DNA of 64,000 bases from Chrysomallon squamiferum (Eukaryota; Animalia; Mollusca), in assembly GCA_012295275.1 (NCBI GenBank), contig CM022665.1, positions 41,912,001-41,976,000 of the forward strand, given 5' to 3'. Of the stretch, positions 13,401 to 27,534 are shown piece after piece (the stretch's first letter is position 1; every line of letters begins with the position of its first letter). The notes beneath the pieces are model-generated. The model was given only the letters and a program-made list of their open reading frames with translations. It was not told the origin of the DNA and did no database searches. The translations under genes and the position numbers were made by a program.

Positions 13401-14783
13401 AGCATCTCGTACAGGTCTGGGTCATCCTGACTCTGCTGGGGCGATGCTGCACTGGATGCCGATGTCGACCCAACTGTACCAGCTTTTGAAGCCTGCAGTG
13501 CAGACTGTGTTGATGATGGAGCTTGTTTTAGACTCGGTGGGTTCTCGACATCAAACAGATCAGGTTCGAATGGGTGACCATACAAGCCGTATCTGAAATT
13601 GTAACAATACAAATGTTTAGCAATTTGAAAATACAAAGTATTCCATTATGCTTTAATTCTCCAATAAAGTTATACTTTCATTAGTGATTTATACATTAAT
13701 TTGTACATAAGAATGGTCTCAATAATTCATCATTTACAGACATGATGTGCCCACATATAAGAAGACCTATAAAAATAGCTTGGATAAGTTATGTTTCTAA
13801 CAATATGTGGATTTAGAACTTTCCCCAAACTTCTAAACATTCACTATTTGTTAATTTATATCAAAAATTTCCCAACAATTATAATTAGATAATAATACTT
13901 AATCTAGTTAATCTTCGGTGAAATTAAATGACCAATTATCAAATATATTACAAAGACACAGCCACTTATACTGAATATATCCAAGACAAAACACACCTAG
14001 CTTTCAGCAGTGCATGCATAGGCAGTGACCGTTCATGATACTGCTTGGCAACTGTTCCTAGGAGGTCAGAACATGACTTTGAGACAGCGCTGAAGTCCAT
14101 GCACTTCATGTGGTTGAGCAGCGTGAAGAACCACTTCACAGCACCTGCTGACACGGCACATGGAATGAGAGGCAAGCAGGCAAGAATGGCTTGAAGCAGA
14201 AAGTAGCTGAATGTAGGTGCAAGATTAAGATCAGCAGCAACTTTTACATACCTGTAAGATAACAAGAAAAATAAACAAATAATATTATGGTTTGAATTTG
14301 AAAATTTAAATTAAACAGAAACAGCATTAATAACATTAATTTTTTAAGTTAATTTAAAAAAAGAAGTCTATTCCTTTTTCAAAACTGATCACAATATTAA
14401 TTCTATATAAAAATAATACAATATTAATTCTATATTAACATAATACAAAGTTAATTCTATATAAACATAACAGTATTAATTCTATATTTAACTTACTCTG
14501 TTAGAAGAGCAAACAGCCTGGCACACTTGTGAGCTGTGGTTCTGGAACCATCAATGAAGCAGGCTTTGACTAAATCTTTGAGATGCTGTTGTATCACTGT
14601 TACCAGACATCGAGTACCTTTCCTAGTTATCCAAAAAAAATAAAACAACATTCTAGAGGCAAGTTGTATTTAAGAGACAAAGAGATCTAGGAATGAGGCT
14701 TTTAAAGCACATGAAGCTACTTCGTTATCTGAAACAAACTGCCTACCTTGAAAAAGAATATAACTTGATTTATTTATTATCAA

Positions 14784-14838
<55 letters not shown>

Positions 14839-17800
14839 TTGGAAACAAAAATATATAAATAAATATTTAAATAAATAAATGTATTTAAAACAATAAAAAG
14901 CAACATAACAAAAGAACAAACACTTTATAAAGATTTAATATATAGAAAAAAAAAGAAAAAGAAAGAATGACAATTAACAAAACTCCTTACCTCCTCTGTG
15001 GATCACTCATCTGAATGGAAGCAATCCATGACAAAATATCTATCGCCATGTTCTGAGCATGCTCCAAGCCCACGCCAGCGAGTTCAGCCTCGTTTGGCTT
15101 CGTGATGACCTTGACAAGCTTCTCGTGGAAAGCCTGCAGGTCGATCATGGCATTTCTCTGGGCTCTTTCTCTCAGGACGTGAGTCCGTTTCATCTTTCTC
15201 ACAGTGACCGAGATCTCCTGCAGCCAGTCACAGCCTTTGATGTCTGTGAGTTTCTGCTTCGGTGCAGTGGCTGCCAGACGCTCGGTGGCACTGCTCCCTG
15301 GGATGTGAGGAACGTTCTCAAACAAAGATTTGATACTCTTTGTTTTCTGTTTCTGTGATGCAGAATGGTTCGATTTTTTCTTGTTTTCCTGATGAAAGAA
15401 AAATAAATAAATAAATAAGTAAATATATAAATATATAAATAAATAAATATATAAATTATAAATAAATTAATTAATTAAATTAATTAATTAAAAATAAAAA
15501 TAATGAAATCACAGTGAATAAACAAATTATAATATTTACATTAAAAGGAATATTTACGAGTTATTATGATATGGCTCTGCATTATGTTTTAAAGTAAAAG
15601 ATAAATATTAAAAATGTCTACCTGTGAATCTGTTATTACAGAAACAAATACAAATTGGAGACAAACCAAGATTGGAAATTGTTTTATATTCATGCTAAAT
15701 ATCAACATCACAAGTGCTAAAAAAAAAATGTCCTTATTAAAAACAGATTAAATATTGTGATGTGTATTTCATTATAATCTCAAAATTAACAGATTAAAAA
15801 AAAATACCTTAACTGTATTAGTGGTTTCATCTGATGTGTTTGGAAATCCTTTTATGTGAAGAAGCAGGGACCTAGGTTTTGAGTTGAGCAGCTGTGGACT
15901 TGTTAGAGACACCAAACCCCCAGTGCCTGACAGATCCATACAGTTGGCGATCTTCACAGGTCCACAAAGGATCTCAGCGTTGTGCAGTTCGAGAAATGCC
16001 GGATCTAAAACGTTGTTGGCAGATTCGGGTTTTGCTGTGTCCGAGGGTAATCCCTCCATGTTGCTTTCAACCTTCTGGTCAACGCTGATAGGCTCAGGCT
16101 GATGCAAGACCTGTGATTTCCTGATGTTGCCTATGTTTTGTTTCAGTAAAGTGACCTCTATGTTTGGGTCCGAGGTACAGACTGGGTGCAGTGTGAACTT
16201 GAGGTCGACATGTCCCACGCAGCACGGGCGTGGTAAGACTATCTCCAGCAAATGTTCATTCCAAGTGTTGTTTGTACTGAATTTGAGACAAAAAAGAAAC
16301 GTTTCAAAATAACTCCTAGCTTCCTTAAATTCACCAAGAACATAGTCCTCACAATAAAAATAAATATGCTAGCATGAGACTTTTTTAATATTAGTTGCCC
16401 AGTAACTATTTCTAGCTCCTGAGACAAATTAGAAGTCTTCATATCCATGTATGCATGTGCATGCGCTCACACACACACACATTCATTCATTTTTACTACA
16501 ACTTAATTAATGTTAATATTTGTTTACAGTATTTGGAATCTATCAATGTGTAATAAAAGCTCTATAATAATAATTAAAAAAAAATAATTAAATTTAAAAA
16601 AAAAATACAAAACATCTAAGACAATCACATATAACATATATATATTTAACTAATCAGTGACTAATAATTTAATGAACTCCCCATTTTCATATTTTTGTGA
16701 AAAAAAAGTCTTCAAGAAACCAACCTATCTGGAGTTAACTTCCATGTTCGAGTGTGCTGGGTGGCTTCACCTTGCTGTTGTAGATGTTGTGGGTGTCGCC
16801 TCTGTTGCTGCTCCTGCTGAATTTCACTCCAGCATGGAGGAACAGTGGCAGTGTAACGTGGATACAAATTTTCAAACTGGATCAGACTGTGGAAACTTGA
16901 CAGTACTTCTGATGTTAGAGGTCGTTTTGCTAAAAACTCTGCAACAGAAAAATTAAATAAAATTAAACTAAAATAAATATAAGAACAATAAATTTTTTTT
17001 AAAAACATAAAAGTTTGTAAACAGCAGAATATTTAAAGCTGATGATTTCTGAGTGTGCACATAACCAAGTAGCTGTTTCTGCAGACAATTCTTTTTGAAT
17101 TTTGGGGAAATTAATAATATTTTTAGAAAACACGATTACTGGATATAATGATTATGATGTCCAGAAAGAGAACATTATACCTATTATAAATACAAAAATA
17201 ACACAAATAAATATATGTGACATTATCAGTGTTATGATTCTTATGAAGTATTTTAAACTTTTCAAGTACCTTGACCTAATTTGGCCATTGGGTGGTCAGT
17301 GACATCTTCTAATTTGGCTTTCTTGCAAACACTGGCATCATCATGCCAATCTTTGAGACCTGAGTTGTCCATTTCCATGGGACCATCTTGCATTTCTGGA
17401 CAGTGTTCAGAGATCTGGTAAAACAGAAGCTTACCACTGCTTGTACACCCGCACAACCTTTCAATACCTGAGTGTGAAAACAGAATAATTAAATATTTAA
17501 AGCAGAGATTACATTTCTGTAATTTAATTATACAGAAAGCAAAGTATATAGTGTGGAATTGAAAAGATGAAATTCAGAATATGTATAAATCCAATTTAAA
17601 TAGAACATATGTTTCATGAAGAGGTTACTTAGCAAACAGCACACATATGACAATGATAATATGAAACAAAGTAATTCTAAACAGGGAAAAATAGAAAAAA
17701 AAAATAATGCTAATTCTTTTAACCCTTTACTAATTAAAAAATTTAAAAAGATTTTAAAAATCCCAGCAAAAGATGAAAACACAATTATTATATATAAACA

Positions 17801-20800
17801 AGATGGCCTTTCTGAAAAAAGAAATAGCATATAAAAAAAACTATTTCTGCTATTTTATTCATGACAATAAATTAATGTAATAATGGACATATTTTCACAG
17901 AATGTTTTACCGTTCTTTTTCAAACTAATATCAACATTTGTCTGACAGCATATTACAATTACTTTGAACAGTTGATTATTATAAAGTTCTAAAACTGTGG
18001 TAGTAACACTATCTAAGTCACACACACTGACCAATAACTCACCTATACAGTAAGTCAATGACAAGAAGGCATCATCTTCTGGAGGGTGTATTTCAGACAA
18101 CAGTTTCATGTCAGCCAAATTGAGCAGCCACACACTGCCATTCTTCAGTGTCACTGCCAGCTGTCCCTGACAAACAGACTGCTTCAGTTTGTTTGTGGTG
18201 GACGAGCTGGCCGTCAGGTTGGTGCTGCTACTTCCCATCTCATCATCATCTGCCTGATCAGACATCTCCTGTGGCAGCACCAAAACATTCGTGACAGCAT
18301 TGCATATATTGTCAACAACGTGAACAGCAACGGGAGTTTCATTCAGAGTGACCCACACATCATTAAAGACAAGTTTGTACACAAGAATGGCACCTCCGCA
18401 ACTCACATCGTGGTAACCATTTGGGGTGCCGTTAGACTGAGTCTGGTGTGGGTTCTCCATCACAGAATCACCATCCTGAGCAGAATGACAAGTGACTTCA
18501 GTTTTGGGAGCAAGAACTACTATCACATATTGCTTATCAACAGATGGAGTGATCGAGTGAACTTCCAGATTGTCTTTCTGAAACTCAACTGGAAACTCAA
18601 CACACTGCAGCACGAGCCCGGCTTTTGGTCCATTTGGCACTGGTTCGTCCGAGTCCTCTGCTTCCTCCACCTGTGGTTCAATAACATGAGGATTGCTGTT
18701 TGTCTGGTAAATGGTAATAGAATTCCCAATGTGATTCACCGTTACACCTTTAGGAAGGTGATGAATTGGGTTCTTGAACTTGGGCTGAACCGGCTGGTTC
18801 GGTGCAGGTGTGAAACCGATGATCTGAATGTCAGGATCGGTCCACTGATCATTCTCTAGAAACATTGTCCAGTCAGGATGTATTGATGAGCTGCCACCAG
18901 ACACCACCATGCTGTTTTCCCTCGCCATGTTGGCTTGAGAGGTGCTGTCATTCATGTCATCCTTCTTCACTGACTTTGGCAGGACCGCTTCTGGTGCTGC
19001 CACTACTATCAGACATGGAATCGACTTTGTCTCCGGCAAAAGGAAGTCACTCCCTTGTTCAGAATTTGTTATAATTCTGGAATGTACGTCACTGCTGACC
19101 ACCTGGTTCACCTGGTTCATCAGCTGCACTGCCTCACTCCGTCCTTCGGCTGCAGTCGACATTTCATTGTCTTCTGCAGTAGTAATGCACTTGGTCCTTC
19201 TAAGCGACACTCCACATAGAAGAGTGGGCTGGTTACTGAAACCTGTATTGTTATCACATTTTGGAATACTCAGTCTGTCAGCGCAAGAAGCCCCTTCCGT
19301 TTTTTCTAGACCTTTGGCCGTGTTGTCCACGACACACAGAGAATGAACATGAACGTCATCTGAGGGTCTGGCTCTTTGATTAATTGTTGGCTTGTCGTCT
19401 ATATTGGGAAGTTGAGAAAAAGTTAAAAAATAGAAAATTAGATGGCAGTTACTTTAAAAAATACTCCAATTCTGTAAATTTGACGAAAAGCTGATACTTG
19501 AAGAATTATTTAAAACTAAATGCACACAATGTAAAGAAGTTGCATATTTTAAAATTTAAGATTAAAACACAAAGTGTTTTGACTTAAATAACAGCTAACC
19601 AAATTTTCATGCTCTTTACTTAAATGTTGTACAATACTGCAATTGGTTATTAGAAGCTTTAATTAAATTTTCATTACAGAGTAATATAAAAGAAATCATG
19701 GTCACTCTGATTATTATTTTTCAGTGCCATGCATAAAGATTATTTTTTATTAATATCCTATCTGAGAGTATTAAATGTATTTGTGTTATTTATTTGCTAT
19801 AAATTTGTTTAATCAAAGCCTGGTATTTAGCGTAACAACAGAATTTTAAAATTTTATTTTAAATAAATAATGAATTAATTTAATTTTCTAAACACTGTCA
19901 CATTTTTTACCATGACTTTCAGAATCATGCAGAGATACTTCCTGAAGACTGTCAGAGACTCCACAACATTCGGAACTTTCTTCTTTCTTGCACGATTTAG
20001 ACATCCTGAAAAAAACCCCCAAAAAACCCAGATAACTTTCTTTAAAAAATACCCTCAACAACACAATGAAATCAGATCAAATCAGCTTTTCAGTATATAA
20101 AAAAATTCAAAATTCAAAAAAGGACAGTACAATAATCAAATCAAATCAAATAGTCATTCATTTAATGGCAAACTGAAATTATCTGAAAAGACATCACTGA
20201 TGTTAGCTCATCAATAATTCAAATGTCAATCTCTCTTCAGTCCCTCTGGATAATAACATTTCAAATAGAGTTCTTGCTGCTTAATTCATGTCAGAGCTTT
20301 CCAATCATTTCTTTCTGAACCATTCTTCTCAAAGTTACTGGCAGTCTGCCTCTTTCATTTTCTCTTTTAAATCTGTATTTATCAGATATTAGGAAATAAT
20401 ATACTCTTAAAATTGTGAAACTGGAAAAATGCTCTACTTTTTTATTTATTTTATTATAAACATTTGACCAGGTAAATTAAGTTATTAATGTTTGGATAAA
20501 GCTGTGTGTGTATATAATGGCCTGGAAATAAAAAATTGCTTACTGTTCTTTTCCAGCTGTTTCTTTCTGTGCTGGTTCACTGTCCACTGTGTCTTTAGCA
20601 CAGTCAAACTGGAAACCCATCTTCAGTGCCACCAAGGCATCAGTAGGGTCTAGATTAAACTGACAGTGTTTCTAGAAAAAAACAAAAAACAACAATACAG
20701 TGAATTTTAAAATTTACAAAATGCAGTTAAAAATATATCTTTCTTCATAAACAGCTAGATTTAAAGTAGTTAAATCACAGATGAAACTGAAAATTTGGTT

Positions 20801-23800
20801 CACAGTTTAACTTGTGAAATTTGAGAATTACAGAAATTATACAGAGAAAATTATTGGAAATATTTTACAATTTTTTTACTGAAACCTGATAATTCAAAAC
20901 TTGCTTACTTTTAAAACCCTGCTTATATTCCAAACTACTATGTTGCCATTTCGTGTAGAGGTTGCTATATAATCTTCATTTGCAGTGGAACTAACACAAT
21001 GGATCTTGCAAGTGAAATAAATAAAAATTATATAATCCCTCATTCAAATAATGTTAACAGTGACATAATAAAAGTAATTCACAATGAAAGTCACTTTTCT
21101 AAACATCTGTTATATAATGGCTGATAATCTGAAAATCTCATTAAACATTAAATGTGAGCAGAATCAACAATAAAAAACATAAATGTTATAAAATAGATAT
21201 TTTTTTATAATTTAAAGTGAAGATTGTATCTTGACATTAGTTCAAAAAATTATCTTTAAATATACTGGTTTATGATAAGAATAAACAGATAAAGAAACCT
21301 ATGATCTGTTTTTACTAATATTTAAGAATCGAGCTAGACTAAGTATAGAAATCAAAATCAATGAGGAAATGAAATATACCTTTTCTTGCGAATCTCCATG
21401 GCGCTGAGCAGGTTGTGTTGCATAGGTTACTAAAAATAAAGTCAGATTTTTAATAAATCTCTGACTAACTCACATTCAAACTCAAAAACAAACATACACA
21501 CTCTCACACAAACACACAGAATTGTGCATTTGATCTAATTTCAATAAACTATATATTTTAATGTTCTAAAAATGTGATCATCAAGTATATGTGAAGAAAG
21601 TATATGTGTTAAAATATGTACTTAATTTTCAGTACTGATTTCTTATTATGTCTTTATCCCTGTGTGTGTATCTGTTGTTGCTGGATATAAATTAAAAAAA
21701 ATATTTATAATAACTGAGTATAAACACTGTTAAACAGACAATATATGACATGCAATACCTGAGAGTGGAACATTCTGAGTGTATTCTCCTTTCACAAATG
21801 GACAAGCTGGTGAATGTCTTTCGTGCTCAGACCTATACAAAATAATAAAGGCAATTAACACAGATCTAATAACGACAGTTTAAGTTCTGGTTCATTTATT
21901 AAAGAGTATTTTCTAGGCAATAAGCCTAACATGTAGAGTTATACTGTGGAAGTATAGTAAGTGTGGTAACATTAGTCTTGACATATTCTTACAGTACATT
22001 TTAGACACATAATTTTTTGTGTAATGACAATGTCCCTTTATCTAGATGGGGGTTATCTTTACTCAATAATAACAAAACAAATTTAATAATTCAAACAAAT
22101 ATTTAAAAAGAAAAAGAAAAAAAGAAAAAAGATTATGTTCTTTTTTAACATTTACTAGATAATAAACAAATAAATTAAGAGTTGAAGATAATATTTTTTT
22201 AAAAATGAAAGAAAAAAGATTTGAGTTCTTTTAGAAAACTTACAACATAATAATCAAATAAATAATAACTGAAGATAATATTTAAAAAAGAAAGAAAAAA
22301 AAAAGAAGAGAAAATTAAGTTTTATTTTTGAAAATTTCAGTACAAATGAATATTTGTCATGTTCGAAATTTCAATGCATAAAATCTTGAATACGTCAAAT
22401 ATTTAAAACATATATATATATTATTTATTTTATTTTTTTACCATGGTTCATCTGTAGGCTCCCAGCACACGAGACACACACTGCAAGTAAAACACATAGC
22501 ACGGTCATCCCCTGACGAGTTTGGATGATGGTAGAAACCTGCTTGAGCCATTGGGTCTGGTGTGGCCCACCTGAAAACAACAACAACAGCTAAATCACAT
22601 TTGATTCACAATTTGTCAGTGTCAAAGGTAGATAGTATTCTATAAATGTACAGTGTTTTTCTGTGTGTTAAATGCACAACACTGACAGCAGGATGATGCT
22701 TTAGTTAATAATGTATATTTGGCTGTGTTGTTACATTTCAGACCATGTCAAATGAAGAAAAAAGAAACATCCCGAAAATGACAGCAAAACTAACACACAC
22801 ACGAAAAGAACAACCGTGAACTGCCAAATATTTTGTGTATATATTGTAAATGTACATATATAACATTTAAAATATTCCAGAGAATACAGTGACTTTTGTT
22901 GTTGACATTCACTGAAAACAATATAAATATATTTTCTAAAGTTAATTTATCCATCTTCCATTTATTTACAGAATATAAAGCCTAATCAGTCTGCAAAATT
23001 GCAATTAGCAAATTTTATAATGTTTTTATTTTAACTTCCATTAAAACAAAATACCCGTAAAACAAAAAGAAAGAAGAAAAAAGAAAATAGTTTAAAAAAA
23101 TATATATGTATGTAAGAAATAAACACAAATCAATGGAAAAAATGTTAAAAAAGTTTTCTATGTTCTAAATGGTTAACACGAACATGTCATACTTGTAGTT
23201 TTGATGTGGCCACTTCCTGAATGTCTCCAGTCTACTGGCCTCACTGTACATGTATGATCTGTCGACATTATTGCTGGTGATCACTGGAATACTGGATGGC
23301 AATAGATAGAGCAGGCGATCACAGATTGCTGATGCAATGGCCAGGCCTGGATTATGTACATTGGATCTCTTCAACTCTCCCACTAGACCAGTGCACACTG
23401 ACTTCAGAACTGCATGTGGTAATCGCAAACAGACTGTTGCCCACTGAATTAACATAAAATAAATAAATAAATAAATAAATAAATAAATTCAAAAGTATTA
23501 AATTTGAATTTTAAATTAACTTTTTCAGATTAAATAGAGACAAATAATTTTTTGTTGTCGTTATTATACTTCTTTCCTTCAGTGTCTGAGTAAACAAATG
23601 TTATTTTTCAGTTTTTTTACATACACACACACACACCAATTTATAATAACCTGCATTTTGTATTATGTAATACATGACAAAAACAAATAAATGACATCAC
23701 AAACATTGAATTTCTGTTACATTAAAATAACATTTAAATCAATTCAGTACATGGAAAGAATATTTAATACTCTGATTATATGTTGGTGCTCTTTTCAACA

Positions 23801-24014
23801 AATACTGCTGGTCAGATCAAGACACATCTGAAATAATGAGATTCATGTTCAGTTTTAACTTCTCTCTGTACCTTTGCAAGCTTGTGGTTTCCTTTTGTAG
23901 CTTCTTGTGTGATTTCCAATTCCTTCTCTAGCTCCTTTAGCACATCTTCAACATGATCAATGCCAGACAACTCTGCATTTACTAGTGATTTGAACAGCTG
24001 GGTTGCCTATATAG

Positions 24015-24052
<38 letters not shown>

Positions 24053-24173
24053 AATAAATGAAAACCTGAGCTTTTAAGTGGTATTTAGTCAAATAATAAT
24101 TATCAATTGTTTGGTTTTAAAAGAGCATTAATTGTTAACATCTTTTGATTTTATTTCTTGTAAAGTTATTATT

Positions 24174-24205
<32 letters not shown>

Positions 24206-24511
24206 AAAGATGCAAGAAAATATCATTTCAAAGAAAACAAATAATTCATATTGCAAATTTCATGATAAAAAAGTTCAGATTCTATTCATACTGCATTTCA
24301 TTAGTGAGAAATATCCATACAATTTGGTGAAATAAATGTGAAAAAAAGGACATAAATATACAAATAAAACTAATGAATTTTGAAATCTTTTAGGGCTTTA
24401 GGTTCTGCAGTTAATTTTTTGATCCAGTCTATACGAGTTCCGTGAGCACAAAACATTTGAGAAACCCTAGCTTCCAGCAAAAAAATAAAAAAATAATAAT
24501 AACAAAAAATA

Positions 24512-24560
<49 letters not shown>

Positions 24561-25432
24561 TAAATAAATAATACTTTTAAGTCAAATACTTTCATCACAA
24601 ATGAATTTTTCCCTCCTTTCCTTTCATTTTGGAAAGTGCTGAAAATATATCATTTCCCTTTATTACTTTAACAACATGCAAAATTTTAAAAACTAGTGGT
24701 TAGAAGAAAAATAATCTGAATTGAATCACCTCAGCCAGTGGAAGTTCAACCTTTACTGTGTTGCCACTTTTGGCCACAGGCACCTGCAGGGCAGTATCCA
24801 GCAAGAGAACCCCCCTAATGTGTTTCCTAACCCCCAGTGACAGGCCATCACAAAATACAGTCTTGTCCTTCTCTGCCAAGTAGGCACAAGTGAAAGATTT
24901 ACAATTTTTGGCTGAAAAAGAAAAAATTCATTATTTAACAATTTTTTTTAATTTTTTTATATATTATATATTATAGAGATTATAAAACCAGAGAAACCAA
25001 CGGTATTTGCTCTGTTAAAATAAGCAAAAATATGTAAAAGAATTAGTCTAAGAACATTAATGACTATTTTTCTATCTGTGTCGGGAACCTTTTTCAGTCT
25101 GGGGAAGCAACTATATATATATATATTTTTTTTTTTCTGTGTTTATTTCACATGATCTCTGCTTCTCATTTACTTTCCACATCTAACCAAATTAAATTAC
25201 TCCTGATTAAATATATAGAATGTACCAGCCTGACATGCTAATTATCATTGTTATAATATTCATTTTATTCTTTTCTTTTTTTTTTTTTTTTTTTTAACTT
25301 CAGGTTCCATTCTGTTTTAAAAATATCAGCAATAGCTGTTCATCTTCCTAAATTTTTGTTACATCTGAAATGATTACATTCCTTGAATAATGAAATAACT
25401 TTTTACTTTTATTATTATTATTCATATTATAG

Positions 25433-25472
<40 letters not shown>

Positions 25473-27534
25473 TTAAATTTGTGTCACAATTGGGCTTTAA
25501 CATAGTGATGAAAGAAAAAAAGTTGTTTTTGTTTTCCCTATATGCCCTTGAAAATAAAATACCTCATCAACCTTGAAATACACTCATGCATTTTTTTTTA
25601 AATATTTTATTTCAGAGATTAAATTATCCACAAGGAAGAAATTTGTATTTAAATGACACATATATAGTCCTGAACACATTAATCAAATTGGTGATATTAC
25701 TCATCAGAACTAATCAACATGCACCCATATATATACATGTAATTATAAACAACAGCTGCACAAACAACACTGAGGTCATACTGTGACTGTATTTGGATAT
25801 TTTTAATTCTGGTCAGCTGAAAGACAGCTGCTACCGTCTAACATGTAACTAAAAATAAAAAATTATAATAAAAATAAATATTAGAAAAAGGTTACGAAAA
25901 CCTGCAGCAATGAAGTAAGTAATCTGATATTATATTGAGGTCATAGGACGTTTTGGTGGGGGGTAGGAGGGAGTTGGTTGTGGTGATTTTTTTTTTTTTT
26001 TTTTTTTTTTGGTGTTAGTTTTGTTTGTTAGAAAGTTACTTAGTTAGTTTGTTTATTCATTATTATTTTGGTGGGATTTTTTGTTGTTGCTTTTTGTCGT
26101 TTTAAATTATTATTAGTATACAACCAGTATCGTAAATTTCGAAAAGAATTTGCAAATATCATTTGCCAATGGTTATCATGCTTTCAATCACCTATATCAC
26201 ATCCTGTAACTATAATCTAAAAATAATCATAGTAATACTTTTATTTTTTGTTAAGGTATCATAAAATGAAATGAAAATATTTATAAATTTTATTTAATAA
26301 AATAGTATTATTTTTTCTCATCTTTACTCTATTTGACACTGTTAATTAACATTATAACATATACTATTTTAACATTCTTATTAAACAGAAATTTTAGAAA
26401 CTAAGAAAGATACGGTTTTGTATAACTGTTTTTCTACAACTGGGAAACCAAACTGTATAAACAACTGGTAAATACTATTTTCATTTATATCTGCCATTAG
26501 CGTGATATTCTAAATTATAACTACAAATTATAAACAGTAGCATGCCAAATATATTTCACACTGTTCAGTGTGGATGTGAGGCCACTGTTGTTTAAACATC
26601 ATAAACCATACCTCTGAACATGCTGAAAAACACGAAAAGAAATGTTTACTTTATTCTCGATAATTGCTGTAGTCAGTGAAGATTTCATTTAAGTCCCAAA
26701 GACAAAGATGAGACAATGAAGTTGGGTATTATGCAAGGTATGACCTCATATTAGTTCCATGATTAGATAATGAATCTGCAACTGTTATCTTTACTGTTAC
26801 AAACACAAAAAACAATGTTTCTAATTCTTACTAAAATCTGATTTATAGTAGAAAAAAAAAATCAAAAAAAAAAAATCAATAAATAAATAAAAACATATTA
26901 CTAATTTCAATTCAATAAAACAAAAATATATAACATTTTTATGATTATAAGGCCAAAATATTATTTTTGTCATAAATTAAAAATTAACTATGGTGAATAT
27001 TATCTATAAAACCTTATTTAATCTGTATCTAAATCTGATATATGACACAAAGGTGGCATCAGTTACTAGAAAATTAACACTGTTAGTAACAGTATTATAG
27101 CAAAACACTAAGTGTAACAGCCAGGAAGTAGGCCTGGCTTGATCAACAGCCCAGACAACCAGTTCTGTGGAGGTTGAAAATAAAATATATGATCAAAACA
27201 AAACAAAATTATACTACAACTTATCAAAAAATATTTGTCCATTTATCACTACGCAACTTCAAGTGAAATATATAATCCGCCGTTTCAATTGCACAATGTC
27301 AACGTTTACGTGAAACAAAAACGAGGAAAACGCAAACTAATGAATACACTCACCCGAAAGATTTGATTTCTGCAATAATACCCCAGATGTCGCGTCCAAT
27401 ATTTTAAGGGATGGTTCACTCGTGGTTAAAATTATGGAATTTAATGACGAATGATAAGTTACGCTTGTAACATTTTCTCCAACGGATAAACAACCGTCTT
27501 CAGTTACGTACCACTGCCTGTCAGTGGCCGCCAT
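134..27534 (-). CDS. BIRC6: Baculoviral IAP repeat-containing protein 6 (Bruce/Apollon), giant E2/E3 IAP; 5' part, 35 coding exons, truncated by the window's left edge
   Basis: Exons traced by hand with GT-AG borders and phase checks: 27534-27354, 24911-24730, 24006-23872, 23443-23193, 22570-22442, 21832-21759, 21429-21380, 21004-20909, 20671-20544, 20005-19911, 19398-18043, 17467-17270, 16938-16725, 16276-15808, 15388-14991, 14622-14497, 14251-13997, 13592-12917, 12616-12412, 11920-11706, 11315-10528, 10089-9914, 9277-9155, 8097-7823, 7283-7062, 6674-6491, 6054-5917, 5467-5176, 4681-4517, 3953-3801, 3455-3027, 2634-2507, 2364-1427, 1061-891, 334-134. BIRC6-typical motifs: GVLLLDTALQ; BIR core DDRAMCFTCSVCLVCWEPTDEPWSEHERHSPAC; QQQRRHPQHL; IERMHSGARRFVTLDFG; DARLELGLE; PPHRRARSAAWSYHF. 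All junctions are in phase except exon 29 (see findings). Confidence 0.96.
1427..2364 (-). CDS. BIRC6: BIRC6 exon 33
   Basis: GPLDAQ..CFGGLF..SEPLLWFI motifs; canonical splice sites, phase 2 to 1. Confidence 0.93.
9273..9419. repeat. 65-bp tandem repeat (~2.3 copies) overlapping the BIRC6 exon 23 acceptor
   Basis: ACAGGCTAAAAAYTGGTACAATAGA.. restarts at 9273, 9338 and 9403. Confidence 0.9.
10528..11315 (-). CDS. BIRC6: BIRC6 exon 21
   Basis: ITTVGRYG..IPIGSFYGHSYILPWE..LQEDLHCRY..WWGNFL..FPQDR; canonical splice sites. Confidence 0.94.
12917..13592 (-). CDS. BIRC6: BIRC6 exon 18
   Basis: YGLYGHPFEPDLFD, GLLEAEPLHFVC and TPSVTPPNE motifs; canonical splice sites. Confidence 0.93.
14381..14488. 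repeat. ~27-bp degenerate tandem repeat (ACAATATTAATTCTATATAAA..., ~4 copies)
   Basis: Recurring TTAATTCTATAT core in a BIRC6 intron. Confidence 0.7.
18043..19398 (-). CDS. BIRC6: BIRC6 exon 11 (1356 bp; N-terminal beta-propeller region with low-complexity inserts)
   Basis: Core of the 491-aa ORF; TAG acceptor at 19399-19400, GTGAGT donor at 18042; phase 1/1. Confidence 0.92.
21759..23443 (-). CDS. BIRC6: BIRC6 BIR zinc-binding domain, split over three exons (23443-23193, 22570-22442, 21832-21759)
   Basis: Spliced translation MYSEASRLETFRKWPHQNYKWATPDPMAQAGFYHHPNSSGDDRAMCFTCSVCLVCWEPTDEPWSEHERHSPACPFV contains the C-x2-C-x16-H-x6-C BIR signature. Confidence 0.96.
25603..25669 (-). repeat. 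67-bp dispersed repeat, inverted copy of 30637-30703; possible retroposon 3' tail
   Basis: Reverse complement matches 30637-30703 with one mismatch by eye; ends in AATAAA followed by an A-run. Confidence 0.8.
27354..27534 (-). CDS. BIRC6: BIRC6 coding exon 1 (MAATDRQWYVTEDG...SNLS)
   Basis: ATG in AGCATGGCGG context at 27534; GTGAGT donor at 27353; phase 1 joins exon 2. Confidence 0.88.

Noticed and set aside
14670-14750. Possible extra BIRC6 exon (QGRQFVSDNEVASCALKASFLD)
   Set aside because: Flanking exons 15 and 16 already join in phase; no good donor follows.
18086-18859. 257-aa plus-strand ORF
   Set aside because: Antisense shadow of BIRC6 exon 11; non-ATG start, no recognisable motif.
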